Positions 1 through 10,445 of a DNA stretch of 32,555 bases are shown here, piece by piece. The position numbers were made by a program, and so were the translations under genes. Under the pieces are notes generated by a model. That model was not told where the DNA came from. It worked only from the letters and a program-made list of their open reading frames with translations, and did not search any database. Within the stretch, counting starts at the first letter, position 1; each line of letters begins with the position of its first letter. Source of the stretch: Candidatus Micrarchaeota archaeon (GTDB lineage: Archaea > Micrarchaeota > Micrarchaeia > Norongarragalinales > SBBD01); the NCBI GenBank assembly GCA_043806595.1, contig JAZDGU010000015.1:1-32555 (forward strand). Reading direction: 5' to 3'.

Positions 1-1
1 T

Positions 2-706
2 TTCCCTCCCCGCCCTGATTCCGCGAGGTTCGTCTCGGACTTCCTGGGGCTCGGCAGGGACCTCCCCGGCGAGCTCTCGGAGTTTTCGGGCGACTCCGCG
101 CTCATGCGCTCGGTGTCGGCGTGCAGGGGCCTCAAGCTCACGCGCCAGGAGCCCTTCGAGTGCCTCCTATCGTTCATGGTCTCGCAGAACAACAACATCA
201 CGCGCATCCGCTCGACGCTCCTGAGGCTGTCGGAAAAACTCGGGGAAAAAGTCAGGGCCGGCGGCCGGGTTTTGCATGTCTTCCCGACTCCGCCCCGGTT
301 GGCATTGGCTTCCTTGCACGACCTGCGTTCGTGCGGCCCCGGCTACCGCGCGGAATACGTCCGGGGCATGGCCCGCGCGGTCTCCAACGGCTTCGACCTC
401 GCCGCGGTCGCTTCCATGGACTATGATTCCGCGAAGCGCCGGCTGATGGAACTGGAAGGCGTCGGGGGGAAGGTCGCGGACTGCGTGCTCGTCTTCGGCT
501 ACGGCTTCGGCGAGGCCTTCCCAGTGGACCTGTGGATGGCCAGAATACTCAAACGGCACTACGTCAGGCGCACACTTTCCGCAAGCAAGCTATCTGCGTA
601 TGCCAGGCGCCGGTTCGGGAAGAAGGCCGCAGTTGCCCACGAATTCCTTTTCGCCCACCGCGAGGGTTTGTGCACGCCTGATTCGAAATCCGCTCGCGGG
701 CGTTAG
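2..706 (+). CDS. ogg: 8-oxoguanine DNA glycosylase/AP lyase, Ogg1-type HhH-GPD family (5' truncated by window edge)
   Basis: Frame is open from base 2 (FPPRPDSARFVSDFLGL...). Motifs RQEPFECLLSFMVSQNNNITRI, GYRA, and HhH LEGVGGKVADCVLVFG...AFPVDLWM with catalytic Lys and Asp. Confidence 0.9.
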   Translation, partial: FPPRPDSARFVSDFLGLGRDLPGELSEFSGDSALMRSVSACRGLKLTRQEPFECLLSFMVSQNNNITRIRSTLLRLSEKLGEKVRAGGRVLHVFPTPPRLALASLHDLRSCGPGYRAEYVRGMARAVSNGFDLAAVASMDYDSAKRRLMELEGVGGKVADCVLVFGYGFGEAFPVDLWMARILKRHYVRRTLSASKLSAYARRRFGKKAAVAHEFLFAHREGLCTPDSKSARGR

Positions 707-1047
707 ACCCTGCGGTTCCCGTATCCCATCCGCTTCAATTGCTCCCTCGTCCTGCTTGCGGTTACCGCCCTCCTGACCAGCCATTCCCACGACCCAGGAG
801 CCAAGTTCTGCGTCTGCAACCGTCTTTGGATGCCCATTTCCAGAATATTTCGGCGCACCCGTTCCCTCATTGCCGCAATTCTCTCCGCCTCGCCCGGTCC
901 GGCCCTCCTGACCAGCAGGCGGAGCGTCTCGTCGCTCATTCTCTGCGGCGGAGGCCGGCGCATCATAGCCGGCGGTTCTCCGGGCCGCCTTCCCTCAGCC
1001 AGTCTGAATTCCGCCACTTGCCTCCTGATGTTCTCGATTCTTCCCAT
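703..1047 (-). CDS. Small Arg-rich hypothetical protein (114 aa)
   Basis: Fills the gap between ogg and nadE; stop overlaps the ogg stop; TATA-like element about 35 nt upstream; no recognisable family. Confidence 0.55.
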   Translation of the reverse strand: MGRIENIRRQVAEFRLAEGRRPGEPPAMMRRPPPQRMSDETLRLLVRRAGPGEAERIAAMRERVRRNILEMGIQRRLQTQNLAPGSWEWLVRRAVTASRTREQLKRMGYGNRRV

Positions 1048-1081
1048 CTCACACCACGCAACAATCTATTCTACGGCAACG

Positions 1082-1089
1082 TTTTATAT
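1082..1089. promoter_or_regulatory. TATA-like element (TTTTATAT) between divergent genes
   Basis: AT-rich box about 35 nt from both the nadE ATG (1123) and the orphan ATG (1047). Confidence 0.5.
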
Positions 1090-1122
1090 GCTGTATGCGT
1101 AGACCTTTCCGGGAGTGGGACG

Positions 1123-1899
1123 ATGAACGCAAGCATAGAGAAGCGTCTGGACATTGACTCCGACCTCAAGCGGAAGCTGGCCAGCGGAATCCGCAAGTTC
1201 TTCCGCGACTCCGGGAAGAGCAACGCGGTCGTGGGCTTGAGTGGAGGAGTGGACTCCGCGGTCGTCTGCGGACTGCTCGCGGGTGCGCTCGGCCCGCGGA
1301 GGGTCTTCGCGTATTACCTGCCCTACTTCCCCGTCAAGGAGGACGAACGGCACGCGCTGCTGGTTTCAAGGAAGTTCGGCGTGCGGCTGGAGTCGGTGGG
1401 CATCAGGCCTTCCGTGGACGCGCTTGCCGCCGCGGCCGGGGCCGCGGACAAGTCCGCCGTCGGCAACATCATGGCGCGCACGAGGATGGCTTTACTCTAT
1501 CATTTCGCGCGCGAGAACCACGCGCTTGTCGTGGGAACCGGAAACCGTACTGAACTGCTTCTCGGCTATTTCACGAAATACGGGGACGGCGCGAGCGACG
1601 TGCTGCCTTTGGGCATGCTCTACAAGACGCAGGTCTGGCGGCTCGCCGGAGCCATGGGCATACCCGGAGAAATCGTCGCCAGGCCGCCGTCCGCGGGCCT
1701 GTGGCCGGGCCAGACGGACGAGTACGAACTCGGCCTGAAGTATCCCGACGCGGACAGCATTCTCGTCGCGCTCGCGGACTTGAAGTGGGGCAGGAAGAAG
1801 GCCATAGGGGAGTTCGGCGCTGCAAAGGTCTCGGCGGTCGAGAATCGCATGCATGCCGGCAGGCACAAGCGCTTGCCTCCGGAAATCCTGCGCGTCTGA
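1123..1899 (+). CDS. nadE: NH3-dependent NAD+ synthetase
   Basis: VVGLSGGVDS PP-loop, GNIMARTRM, GTGNRTELLLGYFTKYGDG, PSAGLWPGQTDE, HKR. True start is likely ATG 1123, after the GGGAGTGG RBS-like sequence. Confidence 0.95.
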   Translation: MNASIEKRLDIDSDLKRKLASGIRKFFRDSGKSNAVVGLSGGVDSAVVCGLLAGALGPRRVFAYYLPYFPVKEDERHALLVSRKFGVRLESVGIRPSVDALAAAAGAADKSAVGNIMARTRMALLYHFARENHALVVGTGNRTELLLGYFTKYGDGASDVLPLGMLYKTQVWRLAGAMGIPGEIVARPPSAGLWPGQTDEYELGLKYPDADSILVALADLKWGRKKAIGEFGAAKVSAVENRMHAGRHKRLPPEILRV

Positions 1900-1902
1900 G
1901 CG

Positions 1903-3084
<1,182 letters not shown>

Positions 3085-3134
3085 GTTGCGGCCCCCTCGT
3101 TTCAGGAATCGGTGAGTCAATCGCAGGCAGTCTT

Positions 3135-3917
3135 CTATGCTTCCGGGGTTTTTTCAACCTTCTGTTCGCCGTCCTCCTGCGTGCGTATGACGACGTTCCC
3201 GCAGTGCGCGAGCGCGGCCTCGGCCAGCTCTATCAGCCTGGGCTTGGGCGTGCTGCCCCTTATCCTGTAGGACTCTTCAATGAGCGCCCCCTCGGCGACG
3301 AACTGCTGGAGCGCGTACGTGTCGGCGAACGCCGCCTCCTTGGCGAGCGCGTCGATTGTTTCCGCGGAGTCGTTCACGCCCGGGATGACCGTCGTCCTCA
3401 CCTCGACTTCGAGCCCGGGCATCCTCTGCTTGGCGTTGCGGAGGATGATGATCGAGCGCAGCACGTCCTGCATGAGCGTCGCCGGCTCTCCGCGGAATCC
3501 GGTCAGCTCGGCGTACTTTTCGGCGTCGAGCACGGTCTTCACGTCGAGCGCGATGTTCGTGGCATGCGGAAGTATCCTTTCCAGCGAGTCCGCGTAGAAC
3601 CCGGAGGTCTCTATCCTCACGAGCCAGCCCTTCTGCTTGAGGTCCATGCATAGCTCCGTCAGCGGCTCCCACTGCTGCAACGGCTCCGCTCCGGTGAACA
3701 CCACCGCGTCGTTCTCCGACTTCTTGCGCGCCAGGTAGGCGGCCATGTCAGCGACGGGCATCTCGAGGCAGTGCTCGCTGGCGACGACTATGTCGCCGGA
3801 GTAACAGTAGCCGCACCGGAAGGGACAGCCCCCCAGGAACACGACGACGGCCTTCTTGCCGGGGTAGTATTCCGTGGTGCCCTCGATTATGCTGCCGTAC
3901 CGCAGGACGCTTGCCAT
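3135..3917 (-). CDS. Radical SAM protein, anaerobic ribonucleotide reductase activating enzyme (NrdG/PflA-like) family
   Basis: YPGK..VVFLGGCPFRCGYC (CxxxCxxC), FTGAEP, ETSG, LDVK, EVRTTVIPG, YALQQF. Confidence 0.8.
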   Translation of the reverse strand: MASVLRYGSIIEGTTEYYPGKKAVVVFLGGCPFRCGYCYSGDIVVASEHCLEMPVADMAAYLARKKSENDAVVFTGAEPLQQWEPLTELCMDLKQKGWLVRIETSGFYADSLERILPHATNIALDVKTVLDAEKYAELTGFRGEPATLMQDVLRSIIILRNAKQRMPGLEVEVRTTVIPGVNDSAETIDALAKEAAFADTYALQQFVAEGALIEESYRIRGSTPKPRLIELAEAALAHCGNVVIRTQEDGEQKVEKTPEA

Positions 3918-3965
3918 ACCAGCCGGATTACGCGGCTCGGCGTTTTATTCGTTGCGTTCCCGTGG

Positions 3966-4868
3966 TCATTCCAGGATTTCGATAGAGTCGACTATTCCGT
4001 CGCCGTCCTCGTCGAAGCCCTGCACGACCTTCGCGAGCGCCGAGGCGTCGTACATGTTGCCCTTCTCCATCTTCTCCCTCTCCTGCAGGAGCGCGAGCAC
4101 GGCGGCGCGCGTGCCCATGTGGTCGGAACCGGCGATGAACAGCACCTTCCTTCCCCTGGCAAACGGGCTGTCTATGAGTTCAACGACGCCGAAGTTCTCC
4201 GAATACCTCTTGTTCGACAGACTGGAGTGCAGCTCGAGGCTCCTGTCCGCGAACCGGATGGGAAGCGAGGGATTGAGTTCCGCGGCGAGCATGTTGACCT
4301 TCGGCCCGCCGACGACGACGAGGTTCTCCTTCCGGCTCCTGTCCTTGAACTCGGTGTCGAGGTAGTACAACGGGTAGGAGAAGGATGCGTAACTCCCGAG
4401 CATCATCGCCAGCTCCATCGTGCAGAATTCCGAGCCCCGCGAGCGGCTCTGCCCGTGGGGGTCAGGCGAGCCGACGATGATCTTCCCGTCGAACGCTCCG
4501 CCGAGTACAAACGGCCGGAAGAACGCCGGCGGCTTCGCGCCGGATGCGCGGGAAAGCGGCTTCCACTTCGGGCTGATGGCGAGCGCTACGGCGCCGGCGC
4601 TGCAACGGTACTTCTTCGCGAGCGCCCCGCCCTGCTGCTCGTAGCTCGCGAGCTCGACGAGCCCGGCCTCGGAGAGCAGCCTGATGTGGTAATACGCGGT
4701 CTGCACGCCCATCCTCATCGCGCGCGCAAGCTCGGCAGGGTATTTCTCGCCCCTTGCGAGCTCCTTGAGTATTCGCAGGCGTTCCGCGGAGAGCACCGGC
4801 AGGTCCGCCTCCCCCATGATCTTGACGTCCGTGGCCCTCTGCCCTACCACAAGCCTTGCGTTTTCCAT
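3966..4868 (-). CDS. ArsR-type HTH transcriptional regulator with C-terminal alpha/beta domain
   Basis: RLRILKEL...YPAELARAM...QTAYYHIRLLSEAGLV...GGALAKKY winged HTH. The C-terminal domain has IIVGSPDPHG, NLVVVGGPKVN and DEDGDGIVD. Confidence 0.85.
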   Translation of the reverse strand: MENARLVVGQRATDVKIMGEADLPVLSAERLRILKELARGEKYPAELARAMRMGVQTAYYHIRLLSEAGLVELASYEQQGGALAKKYRCSAGAVALAISPKWKPLSRASGAKPPAFFRPFVLGGAFDGKIIVGSPDPHGQSRSRGSEFCTMELAMMLGSYASFSYPLYYLDTEFKDRSRKENLVVVGGPKVNMLAAELNPSLPIRFADRSLELHSSLSNKRYSENFGVVELIDSPFARGRKVLFIAGSDHMGTRAAVLALLQEREKMEKGNMYDASALAKVVQGFDEDGDGIVDSIEILE

Positions 4869-4884
4869 AGGCAATCACTTCAAT

Positions 4885-4940
4885 TTGTTTTATATCATTA
4901 TTATGAAAATCATTATAGCAATCTTAATTTATTAATCTTT
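4885..4940. promoter_or_regulatory. AT-rich divergent promoter region with TATA boxes and candidate operator
   Basis: TTTTATAT at about 4888 and TTTATTAA at about 4928; ATCATTAT direct repeat at 4894 and 4909; imperfect palindrome TCATTATTATGA 4895-4906. Confidence 0.6.
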
Positions 4941-4982
4941 CCGGCGTATGAGTTGGGTCTCAGAAGGTTCGAGTGGTCAATC

Positions 4983-6764
4983 ATGTGCGGCATAATCGGT
5001 TTCGTCTCCGGTAAAAGCGAGAAGGCGGGCGAGCTCCTCTTCGAGGGCCTCCGCACCCTGGAATACCGGGGATACGACTCGGCGGGAATCGCGGTCGTCG
5101 AAGGCGCGGTGATGCGCGTGGAGAAGGAGGCCGGCAACCTCGACCGGTTCGCCGAGAAGGTCGACGTGCGCTCGATTGCCGGAACTAGGGGAATCGCGCA
5201 CACGCGCTGGGCGACGCACGGCTTCGTCACCAGAGAGAACGCCCACCCGCACCTCTCGTGCGACGGCCGGATCGCGGTCGTCCACAACGGCATAATCGAG
5301 AATTTCCAGGAGCTGCACGCCCGGCTTGCGACCTCCGGCCATGTCTTCAAGTCCACGACCGACACAGAGGTCATCGCTCACCTGATAGAGGAGCACTCCA
5401 AGGCCGGCGAATCCTTGAAGGATTCGGTGCTCTCCGCGGTCCGCCAGCTCCGCGGCTCGTTCGCGCTCCTCGTGGCCTCGTCGTCCTCCGACGGGATAGT
5501 CGCGGTGAAGAAGGAGAGCCCGCTCATCCTAGGAATCGCCGACGGCATGTCGCTTGCCGCGAGCGACCCCCTCCCGATCGTCAAGTACACGGACCGCGTG
5601 GTCTTCCTGGACGACGGCCAGGCCGCACTACTCTCCCCGGGAAAATTCGAGTGCTTCGACTTCGACGGGACTCCGTTGTCTAACGCGGTCTCGCGAATCG
5701 ACCTCAAGGCCGAGTCCTCGCAGAAGGGCGTGTTCGAGCACTACATGCTCAAGGAGATCCTCGAGCAGCCCGCCGCGCTCAGGAACGCAGCCTCGCAGGA
5801 CCCCCGGGAGGTCGAGGCCTTCGCTTCCGACATGCGGAACGCCAACGGCGTGATGATCGTCGCCAACGGCACCGCCTTCCATGCGGCCATGGCCGGCCAG
5901 TATCTCTTCGACCGCATCGCCGGCAGGCACGTCAACGTCGTCAACGCCTCCGAGTTCCCCTATCTGCGCAGCTCGCTGCATCCTGGCGCCGTGGTCATCG
6001 CCATATCGCAGAGCGGGGAGACCGCGGACGTGCTGGCGGCGCTGCGCGAGGCCAAGGCGAAGCGGGCGAGGATATTCTCCATCGTGAACGTCGTCGGCAG
6101 CAGCATCGCGCGCATGAGCGAGCGAGTGCTGTACACGCGCGTCGGGCCGGAGATCGCGGTCGCCTCGACCAAGGCCTTCACCGGCCAGCTCTGCATCCTC
6201 TATCTGCTCGCCTACGCGTTCAAGGGCGAGCCGGCGAAGGGCTTCCGGCTTCTGCATTCCATGTCCCCGCTCGTGGCGCGCGCGATAGAGTCCAACGACG
6301 CCAAGGCCAGGGAGCTCGCCTATCGCATGCGCGCGGCAGCGGACTTCTATTACATCGGCCGCGGGGTCCACTATCCGCTAGCGCTCGAGGGCGCCCTCAA
6401 GATGAAGGAGATTTCGTACGCGCACGCGGAGGGCATGCCCGCCGGCGAGCTAAAGCACGGCACGCTCGCCCTCATCGACAGCGGCACGCCCGTCGTGCTG
6501 ATCAACCCTACGGATTCCACGAGCGGCGACACCCTCGGCAACGCCATGGAGACCAAGGCGCGCGGCGCGAGGATTATCGCCGTGTCCGACCGCAAAAACG
6601 AGGCATACGACGAGCTCTTCGAGGTTCCCGCCTGCGAGGAGGCGGCGTTCTATCCCCTGCTGTGCGCGATCCCGCTCCAGCTTTTCGCGTATTACTCCGC
6701 AGTTGCCCGCGGGAAAAACCCGGACCGGCCGAGGAACCTAGCGAAGTCGGTGACCGTGAAATAG
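4983..6764 (+). CDS. glmS: Glutamine-fructose-6-phosphate aminotransferase (isomerizing)
   Basis: N-terminal MCGIIG, LEYRGYDSAG, HTRWATHG, HNGIIEN, SQSGETAD, VASTK, ALEGALKMKE, C-terminal PRNLAKSVTV. Confidence 0.98.
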   Translation: MCGIIGFVSGKSEKAGELLFEGLRTLEYRGYDSAGIAVVEGAVMRVEKEAGNLDRFAEKVDVRSIAGTRGIAHTRWATHGFVTRENAHPHLSCDGRIAVVHNGIIENFQELHARLATSGHVFKSTTDTEVIAHLIEEHSKAGESLKDSVLSAVRQLRGSFALLVASSSSDGIVAVKKESPLILGIADGMSLAASDPLPIVKYTDRVVFLDDGQAALLSPGKFECFDFDGTPLSNAVSRIDLKAESSQKGVFEHYMLKEILEQPAALRNAASQDPREVEAFASDMRNANGVMIVANGTAFHAAMAGQYLFDRIAGRHVNVVNASEFPYLRSSLHPGAVVIAISQSGETADVLAALREAKAKRARIFSIVNVVGSSIARMSERVLYTRVGPEIAVASTKAFTGQLCILYLLAYAFKGEPAKGFRLLHSMSPLVARAIESNDAKARELAYRMRAAADFYYIGRGVHYPLALEGALKMKEISYAHAEGMPAGELKHGTLALIDSGTPVVLINPTDSTSGDTLGNAMETKARGARIIAVSDRKNEAYDELFEVPACEEAAFYPLLCAIPLQLFAYYSAVARGKNPDRPRNLAKSVTVK

Positions 6765-6771
6765 GCAGGGG

Positions 6772-8049
6772 ATGGTTGAAATGGAGAAGTTCGATTTCGT
6801 GATTCTCGCAGCCGGCCAGGGCAGGCGCCTCCAGCCCATAACCTCCAACTACCCGAAGTCGATGGTGCGCATCCTCGGCAAGCCCCTGCTCGAGCATGCC
6901 GTGGAGGGCATCCTCGCGGCCTTCGGCGGGCGCGCGGCGAAGATCGTGATAGTCGTGGGATTCGAGGGCGGCAAGATCCGCCATTACTTCTCCACAAAGC
7001 CGTACGCGCACAGGCTCGCGTTCGTCGAGCAGGAGGAGCAGAAGGGCACCGCGCACGCGCTGGCGCAGGCGGAGAAGGCGGTTTCGACTGACACGTTCTT
7101 CGTGCTCAACGGGGACGCGTTCTTCGACCCCTCGGTCTACCCGTTCCTCGCGCAATCGGCAGGGGACGCCGAGCCGTTCGTGATCGCAAAGCGCGAGCAC
7201 GACGCCTCCGCATACGGCGTCATCGTCAAGGACGACTCCGACTTCCTCGAGGACCTCATCGAGAAGCCGCTCAAGGTCGAGGACCAGCTCGTCAGCACCG
7301 GCACGTTCATGCTTCCCCTCGGCTTCTTCCAGCATCTTCGTGTGCCACTGTCCCGGCGCGGAGAGTACGAGCTCACGGACGCCGTGCTCGCCTTCGCAAG
7401 GAAGGGCAAGCTCCGCGTCGCCGAGTTCCCCGGCTTCTGGACGGACGTCGGCTACTTCTGGAACTACCTGCACGCGTGCGAGTACGCGCTAGAGCGGCTA
7501 ATGGACACAGACCGCGAGGGCGTCGTCGAGGACTTCGTCGTCGTCAAGGGAAGGCTGCACCTCGGCCGCGGGAGCGTCGTCAAGAGCGGCACCTACATCG
7601 AGGGCAACGCCTTCATCGGCGAGAACTCCGTGGTCGGCCCGAACGCGTACCTGCGCAAGGGCGTCGTCGTCGAGGACAACTGCCACGTCGGCAACTCGAC
7701 GGAAATCAAGTCCTCCGTGATAATGCACAACTCGAACGCCGCCCATCTCTCCTACATAGGCGACTCCATAGTCTGCGAGAACGTCAACCTTGGCGCGGGC
7801 ACGAAGGTCGCCAACCTCAAGTTCGACCACTCCAGCATCGCGATAGACCTCGGGGGCAAGCGCGTTGACTCGCGGCGCGAGAAGCTCGGCGCCGTCGTCG
7901 GCAAGAACACGAAGACCGGGGTCAACGTCAGCATCAACTGCGGCATCTTCGTGGGCGAGAACTGCCGCATCTTCCCCTCCTCCTACGTCTACAACAACCT
8001 GCCGGACAACACGACCTACCGCAGCGACGCGCAGAAGCAACAGCAATGA
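6772..8049 (+). CDS. glmU: Archaeal bifunctional sugar-1-phosphate nucleotidylyltransferase/acetyltransferase (GlmU-type)
   Basis: ILAAGQGRRLQPIT...PK, GTAHA, LNGD, EKP, SRRGEYELTD, then a hexapeptide left-handed beta-helix (HLSYIGDS, NLGAGT, KLGAVVG). Directly downstream of glmS; start may be 6781. Confidence 0.9.
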   Translation: MVEMEKFDFVILAAGQGRRLQPITSNYPKSMVRILGKPLLEHAVEGILAAFGGRAAKIVIVVGFEGGKIRHYFSTKPYAHRLAFVEQEEQKGTAHALAQAEKAVSTDTFFVLNGDAFFDPSVYPFLAQSAGDAEPFVIAKREHDASAYGVIVKDDSDFLEDLIEKPLKVEDQLVSTGTFMLPLGFFQHLRVPLSRRGEYELTDAVLAFARKGKLRVAEFPGFWTDVGYFWNYLHACEYALERLMDTDREGVVEDFVVVKGRLHLGRGSVVKSGTYIEGNAFIGENSVVGPNAYLRKGVVVEDNCHVGNSTEIKSSVIMHNSNAAHLSYIGDSIVCENVNLGAGTKVANLKFDHSSIAIDLGGKRVDSRREKLGAVVGKNTKTGVNVSINCGIFVGENCRIFPSSYVYNNLPDNTTYRSDAQKQQQ

Positions 8050-8078
8050 TTATATCCCCGATCCGCGGTCATAGTGGC

Positions 8079-8819
8079 ATGAAGAAAAGCCGCGCTCTGC
8101 GGGAACACGAGAAGGACCTCGCCAAGCGCAAGAGGATCTCCCTCATATCCAGCGTCATCCTCGGGGGCCAAGACGGCATAGTCAACGTCCTCGGGGTCCT
8201 GCTCGCCGTCGCCAGCGCCGTCAACGACGCCCGCATCGTGGTCATCGCGGGCATCGCCGCGGCGTTCACGGAAAGCGTCAGCATGCTCGCCGTCGCCTAC
8301 ACCAGCGCGCGCGCCGACGAGGACTACTACCGCGCGGAGGAGGAGCGCGAGCTGACGGAAATACATACACAGCCCCACATAGAGCGCGAGGAGGTCAAGC
8401 ACATCTACTACCTGAAGGGCTTCCGCGGCACGCAGCTGAACGCCATCGTCCGCAAGATAACGAGCAACCTCGACGTCTGGCGTGAGGTGATGATGCGCGA
8501 GGAGCTCCAGATGGAGAAGGTCGACCTCGGCTACGCGCGCAGGGCGGCGCTCATCGTCGGCATTTCCGTGGTCTGCGGCTCGCTCTTTCCCCTGATACCG
8601 TTTCTTCTCGCGCTCAACCAGGTCGGCTGGATTTCCGTAGGCACCGCAATCTACGTCGCCGCCTTCTCGAGCGTCGCCGCCCTGTTTTTGGCGGGGTTCT
8701 TCAAGGCAAGGCTCACCACGGGATCGCCGCTGAAGGCTGGCCTCGAGATGGCGCTCGTCGGCGGCATCGCGTCCGTGCTCAGCTATGCCGTCGGCTGGAT
8801 AATGCGCATCGCGGTCTGA
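8079..8819 (+). CDS. VIT1/CCC1 family Fe/Mn transporter
   Basis: ILGGQDGIV, AESVSM-like motif (TESVSM), Glu-rich cytoplasmic loop ERELTEI...P..EREE, MMREEL, hydrophobic helices. TATA-like TTATAT about 25 nt before ATG 8079; alternative start 8046. Confidence 0.9.
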   Translation: MKKSRALREHEKDLAKRKRISLISSVILGGQDGIVNVLGVLLAVASAVNDARIVVIAGIAAAFTESVSMLAVAYTSARADEDYYRAEEERELTEIHTQPHIEREEVKHIYYLKGFRGTQLNAIVRKITSNLDVWREVMMREELQMEKVDLGYARRAALIVGISVVCGSLFPLIPFLLALNQVGWISVGTAIYVAAFSSVAALFLAGFFKARLTTGSPLKAGLEMALVGGIASVLSYAVGWIMRIAV

Positions 8820-8833
8820 CATTATGCGTTTTG

Positions 8834-9466
8834 GTGAGTCGCGTGTTTTCGAACCGTTCCGAAGCCGGCAGACTGCTTGCCGAAAAGCTTGGGCGCCATG
8901 CGAATTCGGGTGCGCTTGTCCTCGGCATACCGCGCGGCGGGGTCGTCGTGGCCGCTGAAGTAGCCAAGGCGCTGCATCTGCCGTTGTCCGTGTTCGTCGT
9001 GCGCAAGCTCGGCGCGCCCGGCAACCCGGAACTCGCCATCGGCGCGGTCGCCAACGACGGTGCCGCCTACTGGAACGACGGCGTCATCGCGCACCTCGGC
9101 GTCGGAAAAGGCTACAGGCGGGACGTGCTGGCCCGCGAATCCGGCGAGGTGAGGCGAAGGCTCTCGCTGCTTGGCGTAAGCGCGGAGTTGGACGTCAAAG
9201 GCAGGACGGTCATATTGGTGGACGACGGAATTGCCACGGGGGCGACGATGAAGGCGGGGATTCGATGCCTGCGAAAAGCGGGTGCCAAGAAAATAATCGT
9301 CGCCGTGCCGGTCTGCCCGCCCGATGCGCCGGAACAGTTTGCGGGTCTGGCGGATGATTTTGTTTGCCTTGAGCGCCCGGTGTTTTTTGCCGCGGTGGGG
9401 CAGTTCTATGCGGACTTTCCGCAGGTGACCGACGTTGAAGTAAAGCGGCTTCTGAGCAAGAAGTAA
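8834..9466 (+). CDS. Phosphoribosyltransferase family protein (COG1926-type)
   Basis: FSNRSEAGRLLA, LGIPRGGV, VRKLGAPGNPELAIGAV, PRPP loop VILVDDGIATGAT, AVGQFYADFPQVTD. Start codon uncertain (TTG 8831 or GTG 8834). Confidence 0.9.
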   Translation: MSRVFSNRSEAGRLLAEKLGRHANSGALVLGIPRGGVVVAAEVAKALHLPLSVFVVRKLGAPGNPELAIGAVANDGAAYWNDGVIAHLGVGKGYRRDVLARESGEVRRRLSLLGVSAELDVKGRTVILVDDGIATGATMKAGIRCLRKAGAKKIIVAVPVCPPDAPEQFAGLADDFVCLERPVFFAAVGQFYADFPQVTDVEVKRLLSKK

Positions 9467-9470
9467 TTTC

Positions 9471-9722
9471 CTATGAGACGAGGCCGACCTCGTCGACCTG
9501 CACTTCGCTGACGCCCTGCACTTGCGCGCGAACGATCTCCTCGAAGTCCTTGCTCTCCTTGTCCTCGCAGACAAACGACGCGACGACGATCTTCGCGCCG
9601 AAGACATACTCCTCGACCTTCGCCGAGTTGCATCCCTCTACCTTGGAGACGTTCTCGCGCAGCTTCTCCGCGTCGAAGCCCTCGGCGGGGAATACCTTGA
9701 GTCGTGTCAGAACCTTTCCCAT
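9471..9722 (-). CDS. ef1b: Elongation factor 1-beta (aEF-1beta)
   Basis: 83 aa; MGKVLTRLKVFP, EYVFGAK, GVSEVQV pattern of archaeal EF-1beta. Confidence 0.85.
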   Translation of the reverse strand: MGKVLTRLKVFPAEGFDAEKLRENVSKVEGCNSAKVEEYVFGAKIVVASFVCEDKESKDFEEIVRAQVQGVSEVQVDEVGLVS

Positions 9723-9728
9723 CGGCGC

Positions 9729-10445
9729 TCACTTCTTCTTCTCTTCCTTGGCCTCGGGCTTCTTCTCCTCGGGCTTTCCGGCCTCGGCAGCCTTGCCTTC
9801 CACCGGGGTGCCCTCTGCAGGCGCGGCCGCGGCTCCCTCCTTGGGCGCCTCGGCCTTCTTCTCCTCGGTGACCTTGGCCTTGATGACGATTTCCCTGCCG
9901 GTCTTGGCGACGTTCCATCCCGTCTTGGTGATGTCCGCGACCTGCATGGTGTAATGGCCGCTCATCTTGATCTTCGCGCGCTTGAACGCCTCCTTGACTT
10001 CGGCGACGTTCGCAGCTGCGACGCGTACGTTGAAGATGGTCTCGCCTCGCTTGATACGCGCGAGCCTGCCCTTGGGCCTGCCGAAGGCGCGCTTCATTCC
10101 CTTCGAGATGCGGTCCGCGCCCGCGACGCCGAGCGCCGAGTGCTCGCGGATGACGACGTGCGGGTATTTCGTTATGATCATGAAATACTGGTTGGGCAAA
10201 TGCTTTTCAAGGTATTTGACGGCGACTTGCCTTGCCGCCTCCATGGCGTTGTCCCTGAGCTGGATGGGCTCTACGGCGACGAGCGAGACCTGCCTCTCGT
10301 AGAAGCGGTCGACGCCCATGTTGTACTGCCTGACCTTGGGCTTGGGCGCGCCCTTGATGAAGCTCTTGCGCGGCGTCTTCTGCGAGATGCGCGTCCAGAC
10401 CTGCCCCTGGTATCTCCGCACGGTCTTTGCCGGTCTTAGTACCAT
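9729..10445 (-). CDS. rpl10e: 50S ribosomal protein uL16 (L10e) with Lys/Glu/Ala-rich C-terminal tail
   Basis: LRPA, QLRDNAMEAAR, YPHVVIREH, GADRISKGMKRAFGRPKGRLAR, EAFKRAKIK. Confidence 0.95.
   Translation of the reverse strand: MVLRPAKTVRRYQGQVWTRISQKTPRKSFIKGAPKPKVRQYNMGVDRFYERQVSLVAVEPIQLRDNAMEAARQVAVKYLEKHLPNQYFMIITKYPHVVIREHSALGVAGADRISKGMKRAFGRPKGRLARIKRGETIFNVRVAAANVAEVKEAFKRAKIKMSGHYTMQVADITKTGWNVAKTGREIVIKAKVTEEKKAEAPKEGAAAAPAEGTPVEGKAAEAGKPEEKKPEAKEEKKK

Noticed and set aside
739..1122. N-terminal extension of NadE as a glutaminase domain
   Set aside because: No nitrilase motifs; it is antisense shadow across the promoter.
3771..4982. 997-aa ORF suggesting a long N-terminal fusion to GlmS
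   Set aside because: The extension is antisense to two real genes, and GlmS needs Cys at position 2 (MCG at 4983).
4869..4982. glmS ribozyme
   Set aside because: The spacer is too short and AT-rich, and lacks the conserved core.
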